Source: Diadema setosum (taxonomy: Eukaryota). Taken from it: a stretch of 64,000 nucleotides of DNA. Every line of letters begins with the position of its first letter. Within the stretch, counting starts at the first letter, position 1. The translations under genes and the position numbers were made by a program. The DNA lies in the NCBI RefSeq assembly GCF_964275005.1, contig NC_092698.1, positions 37,680,597 to 37,744,596 on the forward strand, written 5' to 3'. Shown here piece by piece: positions 24,165-36,031 of the stretch. The notes under the pieces are model-generated. The model did no database searches, was not told the origin of the DNA, and was given only the letters and a program-made list of their open reading frames with translations.

Positions 24165-27100
24165 ATGCACGTATCTTGTGGTGTAGCCACTTTTTGTCAG
24201 GTTACCTTCAGTACTAAACAGTGGAGAGGAGGTTATATGGACATTGGCTCTTTGCATTTCAGAAACTAAAGGTCTGTTGGCTTTTCATCATTGATTAACT
24301 GGAGGATTTCACCATAACCCGGACACACCTCACATACCTTTCTCCCATGTATTATCTCACACATCCCTGATTTCAAGAGAGATAAATAGAGAAAGAAACA
24401 ATTGTTGTTCCTTTCTGTGTTGGTCACCCCAAACAAACTTTTCTATGTTTCTGTCCTATTTCTATCTGTACTCTGCACCTTGTCTCTACTGTATCTTTCT
24501 CTATGGAAGTTATTTCTCTTCTAGTTGTGCTCTTGTTTGAGAGCATGTTTTTCCAGCCAATCTCTAAATTCCGCTCCAAATTCAGGTCACATGGATTATG
24601 ATTTGAGAGTCTTCCTGAATGGGGCTATTAGTATTTTGTGGGGAGTGGCTGTCATATTGACAGCATTGTAAACTGAAACAGGAGACAGGCTAAATTGTAC
24701 TTCCAGAGTTATAACAACAAAGAAACAAATTACAACAATTGATTTATGATGATACATGTGACAGGAACTCTTGAAACTGAATTGAAAAAAAAAAAATCCC
24801 CTTTGGCAACTTATGAAGTACCTGTCAAAGTTTGTTGATAGTGTGTTTTGAAATAACAGAATATTGAGGAAATAGGTAAATTCTTCTAACAAAAATAGAT
24901 AGCTGTAATGCTACTATCTATGCTGTTGCAAGTTAGATTCTTAAAATAAAGTTTAGTAGCAGATGAAAAAGAAAAATAAATTTTCATATCTCTTCTTATC
25001 TCAAGGCTAGGAGAGGCTTCTTCTTTTTTCTTAATGTTGGCCCTTTAAGAAAAAAAATTGTCCTGACTTGGCACAGACTGTCTCACCTGGGCCCCGAGTT
25101 TCCTGTGCAGGTCTACGTCATGGTGAAGTTAAGATACATGGCTCACTGCTGTTCTCGTTTCCTGTCATCCCAACTTACCTTGGCAAGACCCGACATGTTA
25201 TCTCTTTCTCCAGCTATCACGCAGAGAACCCATCGGAATGAGACATTGAACAGGAAACATCCAGAGCAGTCATGAAATTTTCATCCTTGACTTTTATTTC
25301 TCCTCTTCATACTTAGATATTAAAGAAGTAGAAATTTTATGACACAGACAAGCATTTTTCTCTTTCTTTTATAGGAATGTTGAGGTCTCATATTCAGGAC
25401 TGTCATGAATGGTAGCAATCAATCAAATTCTTTCTTTATTTTTTTTTTATTTGCTATGATTTTGTGACAGTTAAATGCAACCACTGACTTATGAGTAACT
25501 TCCTTGTCGAAAGTCATTTAAAGAGCCTCACAATGACCTGCCGTAAATTTGGGCCAAAAGGAAATTTATTGATTTCTCTACGCAGGTTATAGTTTTCATG
25601 TCAGGGAATTGATCTGTATGACAGTTCATATGAAAAGAGAAGATTTGTTGTTGTTGTTGTTGCTCTTTTTAAAGAGCATGATATACATGTACCTTACTTG
25701 TGCCCCTGTGGGGTGGTCATCCATACCTGTTTATAAAGTATTGGGCAATTAAACCTCTTCACTTTCTCCTCATGGGAAATGAAGGGAAATCCCATGTACT
25801 TGAGTTGTGTTTCACTAGTTCTGTACTGTCCTTTCACGCAACACTTTATCTCTATACATAAGGGGGGGGGGGGGGGGGCTTGCCAGCACCCATCATTTGT
25901 CAGACTGACCCTTATAGAAGTAGAACTGAGGGCCTTTTTGTTAGTGTCAGATGCAGTGTCCACAGGACCTAGTCACCTTCTGTATGGTAGTGTGGATGTT
26001 TCCATCTGCACTTTAGATTTGACAAGTCATGTGCAGGAGCAGATGTGAGCTGTGTTGTGTTGTGGAACATTCCCATTCGACTAGATCATCTCACACTAGG
26101 GTTTTCCACAAACAACATCCCGTAGGTCTAACAGGTGCCGTGTCTGGTTGTGGTGGGAACTTTAAGTTCATGTAGCCACAGTGACCACATTGACTTCTCA
26201 TGTCTATTTTCACTCCAGTGTTGAAGTTTTTTTGTGGCACATTGAAGATTACTCACGCTTGACCAACCAAAATGAACGTCATTTATCGTGCATGCAAGCA
26301 AAAGTGAAGTTTTTTGCTCCCTCCTAATACCCTCAGTATCTCTCACTAAAAACACAAGACTCTGTGCACCTCATGTAGGCCTCTAACAGGTAGAAATTTT
26401 AGATATGATATAAGTCACTAGATGAGTTAGTTTTCAAAGGTGGCAAGCTATGTCTCAGATGACTAAAAGTGACCAGTCATCTTCACTTAGGCAACAAGCG
26501 AAACAGATGACACCGAAGTGATTTTTAAGTATCGAGGAAGCTTACTTACCTTATTTATTTGTTTCCATGACAACTTGTCAGACTTACTGACAGATTCAAA
26601 TTTAAACCCTGAAAACAGGTCTCTGATGACAAAACTGGAATCTTGAATAGAACCAAGTCTCTTGTGTTGATTGTACTTTGTAGAGATCATCAGAATTACT
26701 TGCTATGAGGAAATATGACACAAATTACTTAGGTAGCTGGAGACAGAGTGAGAAAAAAAATAATTGGTCAATTTCCCTGCCATCTCAAAGGTTAATGCAT
26801 GTATTATCCAATAAACAACTTCTTTGAATTAACTTCTTCGATTGGTGTAAAGTTGTTAAAGGGAAGGTAAACCCAAAGAGCAATGTGGATTGAGTGAAAG
26901 CAGCAACATTAGTAGAACACATCAGTGAAAGTTTGAGAGAAATCGGACAATCGATGCAAAAGTTATGAATTTTTAAAGTTTTGGTGTTGGAACCGCTGGA
27001 TGAGGAGACTACTAGAGGATATGACGTATGAGTGGACAAAAATACAAAGAAAATATAAAGGATATTCAACAAAAATTCACTTTTCTAGAATTATGAAAGA

Positions 27101-27239
27101 GCAGTGGACCAACCGCTTTCAGAAAGCAGGGGGAATAATTGCTACCCTTAACATATGTCAATATCAAGTTGATGGATTTTGTAATTTTCATGAAAAATGG
27201 ATTTTTGTAGTATTTTCTTTATATTTTCTTGATATTCCC

Positions 27240-29485
27240 AGGTAACATGCCAATATGGGACCCATATGGGCATACTCCGGGCCACGTGGGCCATCTGGGT
27301 TAGGGTGAATCCCATATGTATTTAGCGTCAGACCCATATGGGATAACCCATATGGGTTTTTTAATGGGACTGCCCATGTGGGTATCATAATGGAAATGAA
27401 CTGGGCAAACCCATCTGGGTAAGATTGTTAAATGCCCATATGGGTTACACATGTGAAAAAAATGGGTAGACCCATCTGGGTGAGATATGTAAATACCCAT
27501 ATGGGTCTCATATGGGTATAAAATGGGCAAAGCTACCTGGGTAAAATATGCAATGCCCATATGCATACCATATGGGAATCTACTGGGTGAACCCATCTGG
27601 GTAATAAATGTAAATATCCATATGGGCTTCATAAGGGAATGAGCTGGGCATACCCATCTGGGTAAAATAAGTGAATGCCCATGTGGGTTTCGTGTGGGAA
27701 ATAAATGGGCAAACCTATCTGGGTGAGATATGTAAATATCTACATGGGTTTCATATGGGAATAAGCTGGGCAAACCCATCTGGGTAAAATAAGTAATTGT
27801 CCATATGGGTTACACATGTGAACAAAATGGGTAAACCCATCTGGGTGAGATGTATGTAAATGCCCATATGGGTTTCATATGGGTATAAATTGGGCAAAGC
27901 TATATGGGTAAAATATGCAAAGCCCATATGCATACCATATGGGAATCTACTGGGTGAACCCATCTGGGTAATAAATGTAAATATCCATATGGACTTCATA
28001 TGGGAATGAGCTTGGCATACCCATCTGGGTAAAATAAGTGAATGCCCATGTGGGTTTCGTGTGGGAATAAAATGGGCAAACCCATCTGGGTGAGATATGT
28101 AAATATCTATATGGGTTTCATATGGGAATAAGCTGGGGAAACCCATCTGGGGTAAAACAAGTAAATGTCTATATGGGTTACACATGTGAAATAAATGGGC
28201 AAACCCATCTGGGTGAGATATGTAAATATTTATATGGGTTTCATATGGGAATGAGCTGGGCAAACCCATCTGGGTAAAATAAGTAAATGACCATACGGGT
28301 TTCACATGGGAAATGAATGGGGAAAACGGTCTGGGCAGTACATGTAAATGCCCATATGGACTCCATATGGGAAGTAAATGGGTTAACCCACCTGTGTAAT
28401 ACATGTAGCCTATATGCCCATATGGGCTCCATATGGGCATGGAATGAGCAAACCCATATGGATGAGATATACAAATGCCCATATGCATACCATATGGGAT
28501 ACAACTGGGCAAACCGATCTGTGTGAGATCTGTCAATTTACATATGGGTTTCATATGGATATGAAGTGGGTAAACCCATCTGGGTAAGAGCTGAACATAT
28601 CTTTTTTGGTAACATATGGGAAAGAACTGGGCAAACCCATCTGGGTAAGAGCTGACCATATCTTTTTGGGAACCTTATGAAAAAAAAAAAACACTAGGCA
28701 AACCCATCTGGGTAATAGATGAACATATCTATACCATATTAGAGCGAACTGGTCAACCCATCTGGGCAAGAGATGAACAAAATTATGTGGGTACCATATG
28801 AGCATAAATTTGGCAAAACCCATCTGGGTAGGAGATAAACATATCTATTTGGGTACCATATGGGAATGAACTGAGCACAAATCTGGGTAGGAGATAAACA
28901 TATCTATGTGGTACCATGTTGGAATGAACTGGGCAAACTCTTGAGTAAGAGCTGAACATATCTTTTTGGCTACCATTTGGGAAAGAATTGGGCAAACCCA
29001 TCTGGGTAATAGATGAACATATCTATGTGGGTATCATATTATTGGAATGAAGTGGACAACCAATCTGGGTAAGAGATGAACATATCTATGTGGGTGCCAT
29101 ACGGGAATGAACTTGGTAAACCCATCTGGGTTAGAGATGGACATATCTATTTGGGTACCTTATGGGAATGAACTGGGCAAACCCATTTGGGCAGGAGATC
29201 AACATATTTATGTGGGTAAAATATTGGAATAAACTGGGCAAACCCATTTGGGTAGGAGATGATGTGGGTACCATACTGGAATGAACTGGGCAAACCCATC
29301 TGGGGAATAGATGAGCATATCTATTTGGGTATCATAGGGGAATGACCTGGGCAAACCCATCTGGGGAATGGATGTAAATGCTTATATGGGTTTCATATGG
29401 GGTCAACCTGGGTAGAACCATCTGGGTAAGATATGCAAATGCCCATATGGGATTTACATGGGAATGAACTTGGTAAACCCACCTG
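27240..29485. repeat. Satellite-like tandem array with a ~60-bp unit containing CCCATATGGG and ACCCATCTGGGT; higher-order repeat of ~375 bp (e.g. 27409-27786 vs 27786-28160); a variant unit from ~28560
   Basis: The motifs recur with regular spacing. Spurious stop-free ORFs appear in the window's six-frame ORF track (27300-29001). Confidence 0.8.
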
Positions 29486-32400
29486 CTCATCATAACACCC
29501 CTACCTGAAAATGGAACTGACCCAGAATTTGAAAAGAGGGTCCGGTTCATGCCCGTTATGCAGTGCAGTATATGCATTGGCATTAGGACTGATTGATCTC
29601 CTTCAGTACAGTCAGAGCTTGGTGATCATCTGTCTTCGCCTCATTTTAGGTAAGTAGATAAACTTATTTTTGTCAGCATGTTGTATTTAAAGTACCTAAG
29701 ATGTTGATTGCAAGTTATTGAAAAAGATAATCCCAATTCGGCAAGCTATAAAGGCAATAACAAATATGTAAGTTGGGATGGTATGTGAGCATGTTGCCTC
29801 CATGGATCATCCATAGAATATTATACATGAAGATAGGTGTATTCAAAGGTTGTAGGCCTGCTATGTCATATGATTTTGTTTAATTCTAAATATTGCTTTA
29901 TAGATTTGATTTGGGGTTTAATCTCATACTCTGTGTATAGAAATTAATGCTGTTTAGCATTATTTCATTTTCATTTCAATACTTCAGATCACTGAGTTTC
30001 ATTTAAACAAAATGGAGTAACAGTATTTGAGAAAACATTTACGCATACAGAATTTTACAAATAATTGCAATAAGGGAAAACACTAGCTGTGAGATGTATT
30101 GAAACAAAGGGAGCTGATGAAAGCACTCGATCAGTGATTTTAATTGCAGTTCACTCATAGTTTAAAGTATGCATTATGATGATATCAAATCAGAAATTAC
30201 GTTTTTACATATTATAATGGAAACATTAACTATAGGATAACTAGACTCGCTATTTCCGGGTTCACCACAAAAGCCCAAGTGGAGAATTAAGTTTATGCGC
30301 AGTACTGTGTAATGGTTTGGTATGAACACGTCCCACACAGTATTGGTAGTATACAGCTTTTTAGTATTCAATCCTGAACCATCTAAACACACCCACACCG
30401 TACGGTACTTAGTATGAGGAGCTTGCAAGGTCATTCAACCTCCCCAACTCCACAGCATCTCTGCAGAAGGCTGTGGTCAGTTGTTTGGGTTATAAAGTCA
30501 CAAAGGTCACATTCCATCAGGGAGACTCACCTCCCTGATTCCATAAGAAAACAGTCTCAAATGAGTGGACAACATAATATATGCATATTACCTAAAGCTT
30601 GGCTCTATTAATGTACAACTGGAAAGCACAAGTATTTTTTGCAGTTACCATAACCAAATACTAAGCGTGTGAGAAAGAGTCTTAGCTTCTGAACAGTATT
30701 GCAATTAGTTTTACTGTGACATGCATAAAATGTATTTAGGAGGAGATCTGAGTGAGTGAAGCCTAACTGCGATTTTCATGCTCCTGTATTATCAGAGATG
30801 TGTATATACAACGTGTACGTAACACTTTAAATAAACACACGTATATAGGCCTACGTTTCACAGTAGTAATCAGTATAGCAGTGGCATTTGGAAATAATTA
30901 TATGAAAAGAAGTTAGGCCTACTGATATTTGTGTCATCATAGCTCTAGTTGGCATATTTTTTTCTGTCTACTGTAAATATGTTTTAATAGTTTATGTTGT
31001 TTAAGTTGTATTACTCCTTCTCAAAAGAGGTAATTGATAAGCATAATTTTCCCTCTTATGATAGAAGTACAATTGTAAGATAGTTTGGGGGTTTAAAGGC
31101 TATCTAGTGTATTGTTATGTCTCAAATTCCTTCTAAGAAATAAGTCATGTATAGGTTTATAAATCATACCAGATTATGAGCTTAAATAGATTTAATTTAC
31201 AGGCCCTACTGGTAGTCAATATCGAGTAAATAGCAATCAATTGTAGGTTTAACTTCATATCGTTTGTCCAAAATATTTATTGACCACTCGCAATCTTTTT
31301 TTTTTATGTGTACACATATTCCTTTCTCCGTGTCTGCCTTTCTGTTCACTTAATCAAATTATACTCAAAATTTACTCAAATTATAGCTTCTCCTAAATCT
31401 TAACTGTCATTTACTGTTTAACGGATAATCAAAACTTGTCCTTTGATCTTCCTGGGTTTGTTTTACAATCAAATGAATTAAAAGATTCATTCAAAAAAAA
31501 AATCTTCGTAATGAGATGAGGTGTAAGTTGATATCTTTCTACTCACCCTCAAGCAGTAACTTATTTTGCAATGTTCTAAGTCGTTTATCCTAATTCGTAA
31601 TTGTTGCAATTTCCTTTGCTCTGGATGTATAAAAACTATATTTATCCCTTGACTGATTTTGTTTTCTTGTTTCACAATCAAATGAAGATTGAAATACATT
31701 GCATTTGCAATGTGTATAATTCGATATTATTTCCATTATATGAAAATGAAAACCAATGGTAATACATGTACACCGAAAATATTTCTGTCCCTCTCTTCCT
31801 CTTTCTCTCTCTCTCTTTCCCTTTGAAGCTTATTCATTTTGATAGTTTTAAACTACGTATATGACCCTCTAGTTATGAAGAAAGTCGAACAAATCCTGTA
31901 AGAGTATAGGCTAACAATTGTATACTGAATTTTTAAAACCCATGTAACTATGCATTCCTTTATACAGTCATGTATTCAAATACTGTACAATGTAATGTTG
32001 CATGCCTGTATCTCTCAATAATTGAATCTAGCAATATTTCTGATGAAAAACATGTGTAACACATTTTATATGAAGATTGTAATTCCATGAATATATTTCT
32101 CCCTCTGTCATTGCAGATCTGGTGAAGAGAAAAGATGGACAAACACAGCAAGACTTCACGCAGCATACATTTTAAGGTCTACACAATAAGAAATCAGAAC
32201 AGTGGAATAAAATAGCTGGATGGACAAAAACAAAGGCGGTTTGCAGCACAGGTTCAGGGAGAATTAGATGGCAACGCCTAAATTTCAAAAGTGCATAAAT
32301 TTTGACAAAATTGTGCAATTTTCTTCAAACCTTACTGAACTGTTCTTTTCATATTGCTGCATTCACTCAATCAACGTTTATTTTGGGTATTCCCCTTACA

Positions 32401-32877
32401 GAAGCTGTTAAAAAGATCTCACCATTTCTAGCTTTTACGCTTGTTTATCAAGTAATATTATATGAATGCCTATATTCAGCTGAGGGACACAAGACAACAG
32501 ATTTCAATTAGAACAATGCACAAATATATCCACTTTGAGAATAAGATACTTGATCTATTGAGTACATACATTCAAGAGTGAATTGAGGGGAACAATACTT
32601 CTCTATGTGTAGGTCATTGGTGGTGGTGGATGTACAGTGTATATACAGTATGTTTACATGGTATTTAGGTAGCTTTCGAAGATGTGCCACCTTACTAGGG
32701 CTGTTCATCGAAGAAATAAACAAACATTCTACACGCTAAGTGGACTGCTCATAACAGAGGTTTGATGTCAGTTTTCCATCAACTCAGTGTGCCAGTGTCT
32801 CCTGCCATTGCTGCTGGGCAAGCTGTGGTTAATCATAATGAGGTAGGCCTATTGACAATATGGTAAACTCACCGTTG

Positions 32878-33830
32878 GCAAAAATATTAGCCACGTTACC
32901 CAGATGGGACCCACGGTGTACCTATATGTGCTATCTTGGAGCCCCCATATGGGTCCCATGTAAATATTGGGTGCAAATTCCTAGGGGCTCCATATATGCA
33001 TACCCATGTGGGACCCATGCTAAAACCCCATCTGAAGCCCATATGGGAAACCCACATGGTGCCCACATATTTACCACATACATTACCAAGATGGGTCCCA
33101 TTGGGATCCAATATGGGTCATTTTGGATTGCCCATATGGGTCCCATGTAAATCTAGGGTGCAAAATCCTAGGGGGCCCGTATGGGCATACCCATGTGGGA
33201 CCCATGATGAAACCCCACACAAAGCCCATATGGGATAACCCACACAGTACCCACATATTTACCACATACGTTGCCCAGATGGGTCCCACAAGGAACCCAT
33301 ATGTGTCATTTGGGATCGCCCATATGGGTCCCATGTAAATCTTGGGTGCAAAATCCTAGGGGCCCCATATGGGCATACCCATGTGGGACCCATGATGAAA
33401 CCCCACACAAAGCCCATATGGGATAACCCACACAGTGCCCACATATTTACCACATACGTTGCCCAGATGGGTCCCACAAGGAACCCATATGTGTCATTTG
33501 GGATTGCCCATATGGGTCCCATGTAAATCTTGGGTGCAAAATCCTAGGGGCCCCATATGGGCATACCCATGTGGGACCCATGATGATTTCCCAGCTAAAG
33601 CCCATATGGGATAACCCACACAGTGCCCACATATTTACCACATACATTACCCACATGGGCCCCATCGGGAACTCATATGGGCCATCTGGGACAGCCCATA
33701 TGGGTCCCATGTAAATCTTGGGTGCAAAATCCTAGGGGTCCCATATGGGCATACCCATGTGGGACCCATATTCAAACCCATATTGGGCCCATATGCAACC
33801 CATATGGGCATGTTACCTGGGTTGTAGTCC
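32878..33830. repeat. Tandem array of ~180-bp unit, about 5 copies (e.g. 33283-33463), orientation opposite to the array at 27240-29485
   Basis: The unit tacccagatgggtcccac...cccatatgggtcccatgtaaatcttgggtgcaaaatcctaggggccccatatgggcatacccatgtgggacccatgatgaaacc recurs in tandem. ACCCAGATGGGT is the reverse complement of ACCCATCTGGGT from the left array. Confidence 0.8.
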
Positions 33831-34723
33831 ACTCATACGTCATAACCTCTAGTAGTCTCCTCATCCAGCGGTTCCAACACCAAAACTTTAAAAATGCATA
33901 ACTTTTGCATCGATTGTCCGATTTTCTTCAAACTTTCACTGATGTGTTCTACTAATGTTACTGCTTTCACTCAATCCACATTGTTCTTGGGGTTTATCTT
34001 CCCTTTAACTATGGGAACTACTCTTAAGGAATAATGGTTACATTTTTTTTCCCCGAAAGATCAAGCAAATAGTCTAATAGTTTGCATGTATCAAACAAGA
34101 AAAAGAATTTTGCGTATTTCATAAAAATATGTTTTGAAGCCATCAGATACAGGCAACAGAGGCCTTGTAGAGAAAACAGTTAGTTTTGGGTTTTGTACTT
34201 TCTGAATGATACGTATTTTGTTAATTGTTAGTACAAGTAAAATAATTTCTGCGCATCAGATGAATAACCATGGGAACTACTCTTAAGACTTAAAAGTGAT
34301 CAGATTTTTTTTTTTTTTTTTTTTTACACAAAGATCAAGCAAACAGTCTAATAGTTTACATGTATCAAACAAGAAAAAGAATTTTTCATATTTCATTACA
34401 ATATGTTTTGAAGCCATCAGATACAGGCAACAGAGGCCTTGGAGAGAAAACAATTAGTTAAGGTTGTTTCTTTTTCTGTACTGTCTGAAGAATATGTACT
34501 TTGGTCATTGCTAGTTAATGATTTCTAGGCATCAAATGAATTATGCAACCATCTGAAAAGTAATGGAAAGAGGTTTGTAAGTCTTACAAATGGAGAAAGG
34601 ATGATTATTTCATTTCTGTCATCAAAAGATGGGCGGCAGTGCAGTAGTAGCCAGGGCTTATTGGATAAATTTCCTACTACCACGTAGAAATCTAATTTCA
34701 GAAGAAGGCTATCTCACCCAAAA

Positions 34724-34773
34724 ATGTTAGAAACCTGAAATTAGGTCTCAACCAAAACTATACTATCCCTTTA
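34724..34773. mobile_element. Solo terminal fragment (50 bp) of family-A MITE
   Basis: agaaacctgaaattaggtctcaaccaaaactatactatccctttaa matches the right end of the family. Confidence 0.55.
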
Positions 34774-35936
34774 ATCTCTCAAGGCAATCATTTCTTGTTT
34801 AAACTGAGCATTTCTGGGTTTTTTTAATTCCCCCCCCCCCCCCCATTGGTTTATGCCACATGTGGGGAAATTAAATCAAACATTAATCAGGGTGGTTTGA
34901 CACCCTGGACTAGTATATAAAATTTGTATGATTTCTGTGATGGTGATAAAATCTTCTGACTATGGTTAGAGGTTGAAGAGTGAAAGAAACTTGACAATAA
35001 TGTGTAAATGGCAGGAATTAATGATGCAAACTATGTGTCACTTCCTGATTCTGACGTCTTTAAGTTTTATTGTAATTTTCATCCTAAATGCATATTTGTA
35101 GATTTAAGTTATGGTGATGATGTAAAAATGTGCCCAAATCCTCCAGGGGACTTTTAAGAAGTTCCGATTCTCTTTGAGCGGTAGAACGAATGGAGACAGG
35201 AATGTAGGGGCTCAGTCTGAATCAGGATGCCCCCCTGAGATGGGGCAAAAAACTTTAGCCATTACCTTAAAGGAAGCACGCTGTTCTGGTTGTATCCTGC
35301 TCTCCTTACCAACTCTCTTTTATAATCTTCTACACTGCTTTCATCTTTCCCCTTCATATGATGTTTGGGGGTTCTGTTTGTGTGGTCTTTATTGTATCCC
35401 TGAATTTGTATGCCATTCCATGTTCACATCAAGTTGACTTCCGGTAAATCATGATTCGGTATTTTTACCTTCCTCATTTTCTCTCTCTAGTACTGTCCTT
35501 AGTGCACAATATTCTTTTTTTTTGTCTCCTTTCCCTTCTCTTTATATATCTTTTTGTCTTTTCTTCTCTTTTCTTGTTTTTGTCAAAGTATTTAGATGCA
35601 CTTATACCTCATTCCTATTCCCTGGGATATCACTTTTTTCATTTCAACGAGTCTTGTCACTTGTAAGGCTGATCATCAGATGATGTGAGTTGAATTAGAT
35701 GGTTGAATAAAAATGCTGTCAGAGACATTCCAAAGTTTGTGAAATGAAAATCAAGTCATTCCTGTCTTTGTGTTGCTTGATTTTCGTAGTGTGCTCTTGA
35801 TTTTGTATCGTTAAAGGACATCTTAGAGTGCAGTGCCAGGGCAAGAGGATTCTATGCAGAGATCGACTCTTCTTCATCTTATATATTTGATGGAGAAAGT
35901 TGAAGTAGTTTCACATTTTATCCAAATTTGAACCAG

Positions 35937-36031
35937 TTAAAGACCAGTCCAGAGTAAACTCAGGCAGGTGTCTGTGGGAAATGAGTGTTACAACAAAATT
36001 AGCTCGTCCTCAGAGGTTTTAAGACAGTGGT
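35937..36031. mobile_element. Family-D mini-MITE copy
   Basis: ttaaagaccagtccagagtaaactcaggcaggtgtctgtgggaaatgagtgttacaacaaaattagctcgtcctcagaggttttaag. Confidence 0.5.

Larger units (their letters stand above)
26856..34008. mobile_element. Foldback-like composite: a family-B MITE split into left arm (26856-~27240) and right arm (~33830-34008) flanking two inverted satellite arrays and a unique core
   Basis: The left arm is collinear with 38567-38950 of the intact copy at 38567-39132, and the right arm with 38950-39132. The termini read TTAAAGGGAAGG.../...CCCTTTAAC. The interior has a tandem array at 27240-29485, a unique core at 29486-32877, and an array in opposite orientation at 32878-33830. 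Confidence 0.6.

Noticed and set aside
27300-29001. Long stop-free ORFs (up to 302 aa, rich in PYGMHMG / His-Met-Pro-Tyr) in the window's six-frame ORF track
   Set aside because: They lie wholly inside the CCCATATGGG satellite array. The periodic amino-acid pattern mirrors the DNA repeat and equivalent ORFs exist in several frames and on both strands, so this is not a gene.
27240-33830. Possible CRISPR-like repeat-spacer interpretation of the regularly spaced palindromic repeats
   Set aside because: The context is eukaryotic (introns, LINEs). The sequences between repeats are themselves repeated as part of the higher-order unit rather than unique, and there are no cas genes.
32860-33901. Overlapping 60-100-aa ORFs on both strands (MGPIWAIPNDTYGF...)
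   Set aside because: They are products of the 180-bp tandem repeat and open in multiple frames simultaneously.
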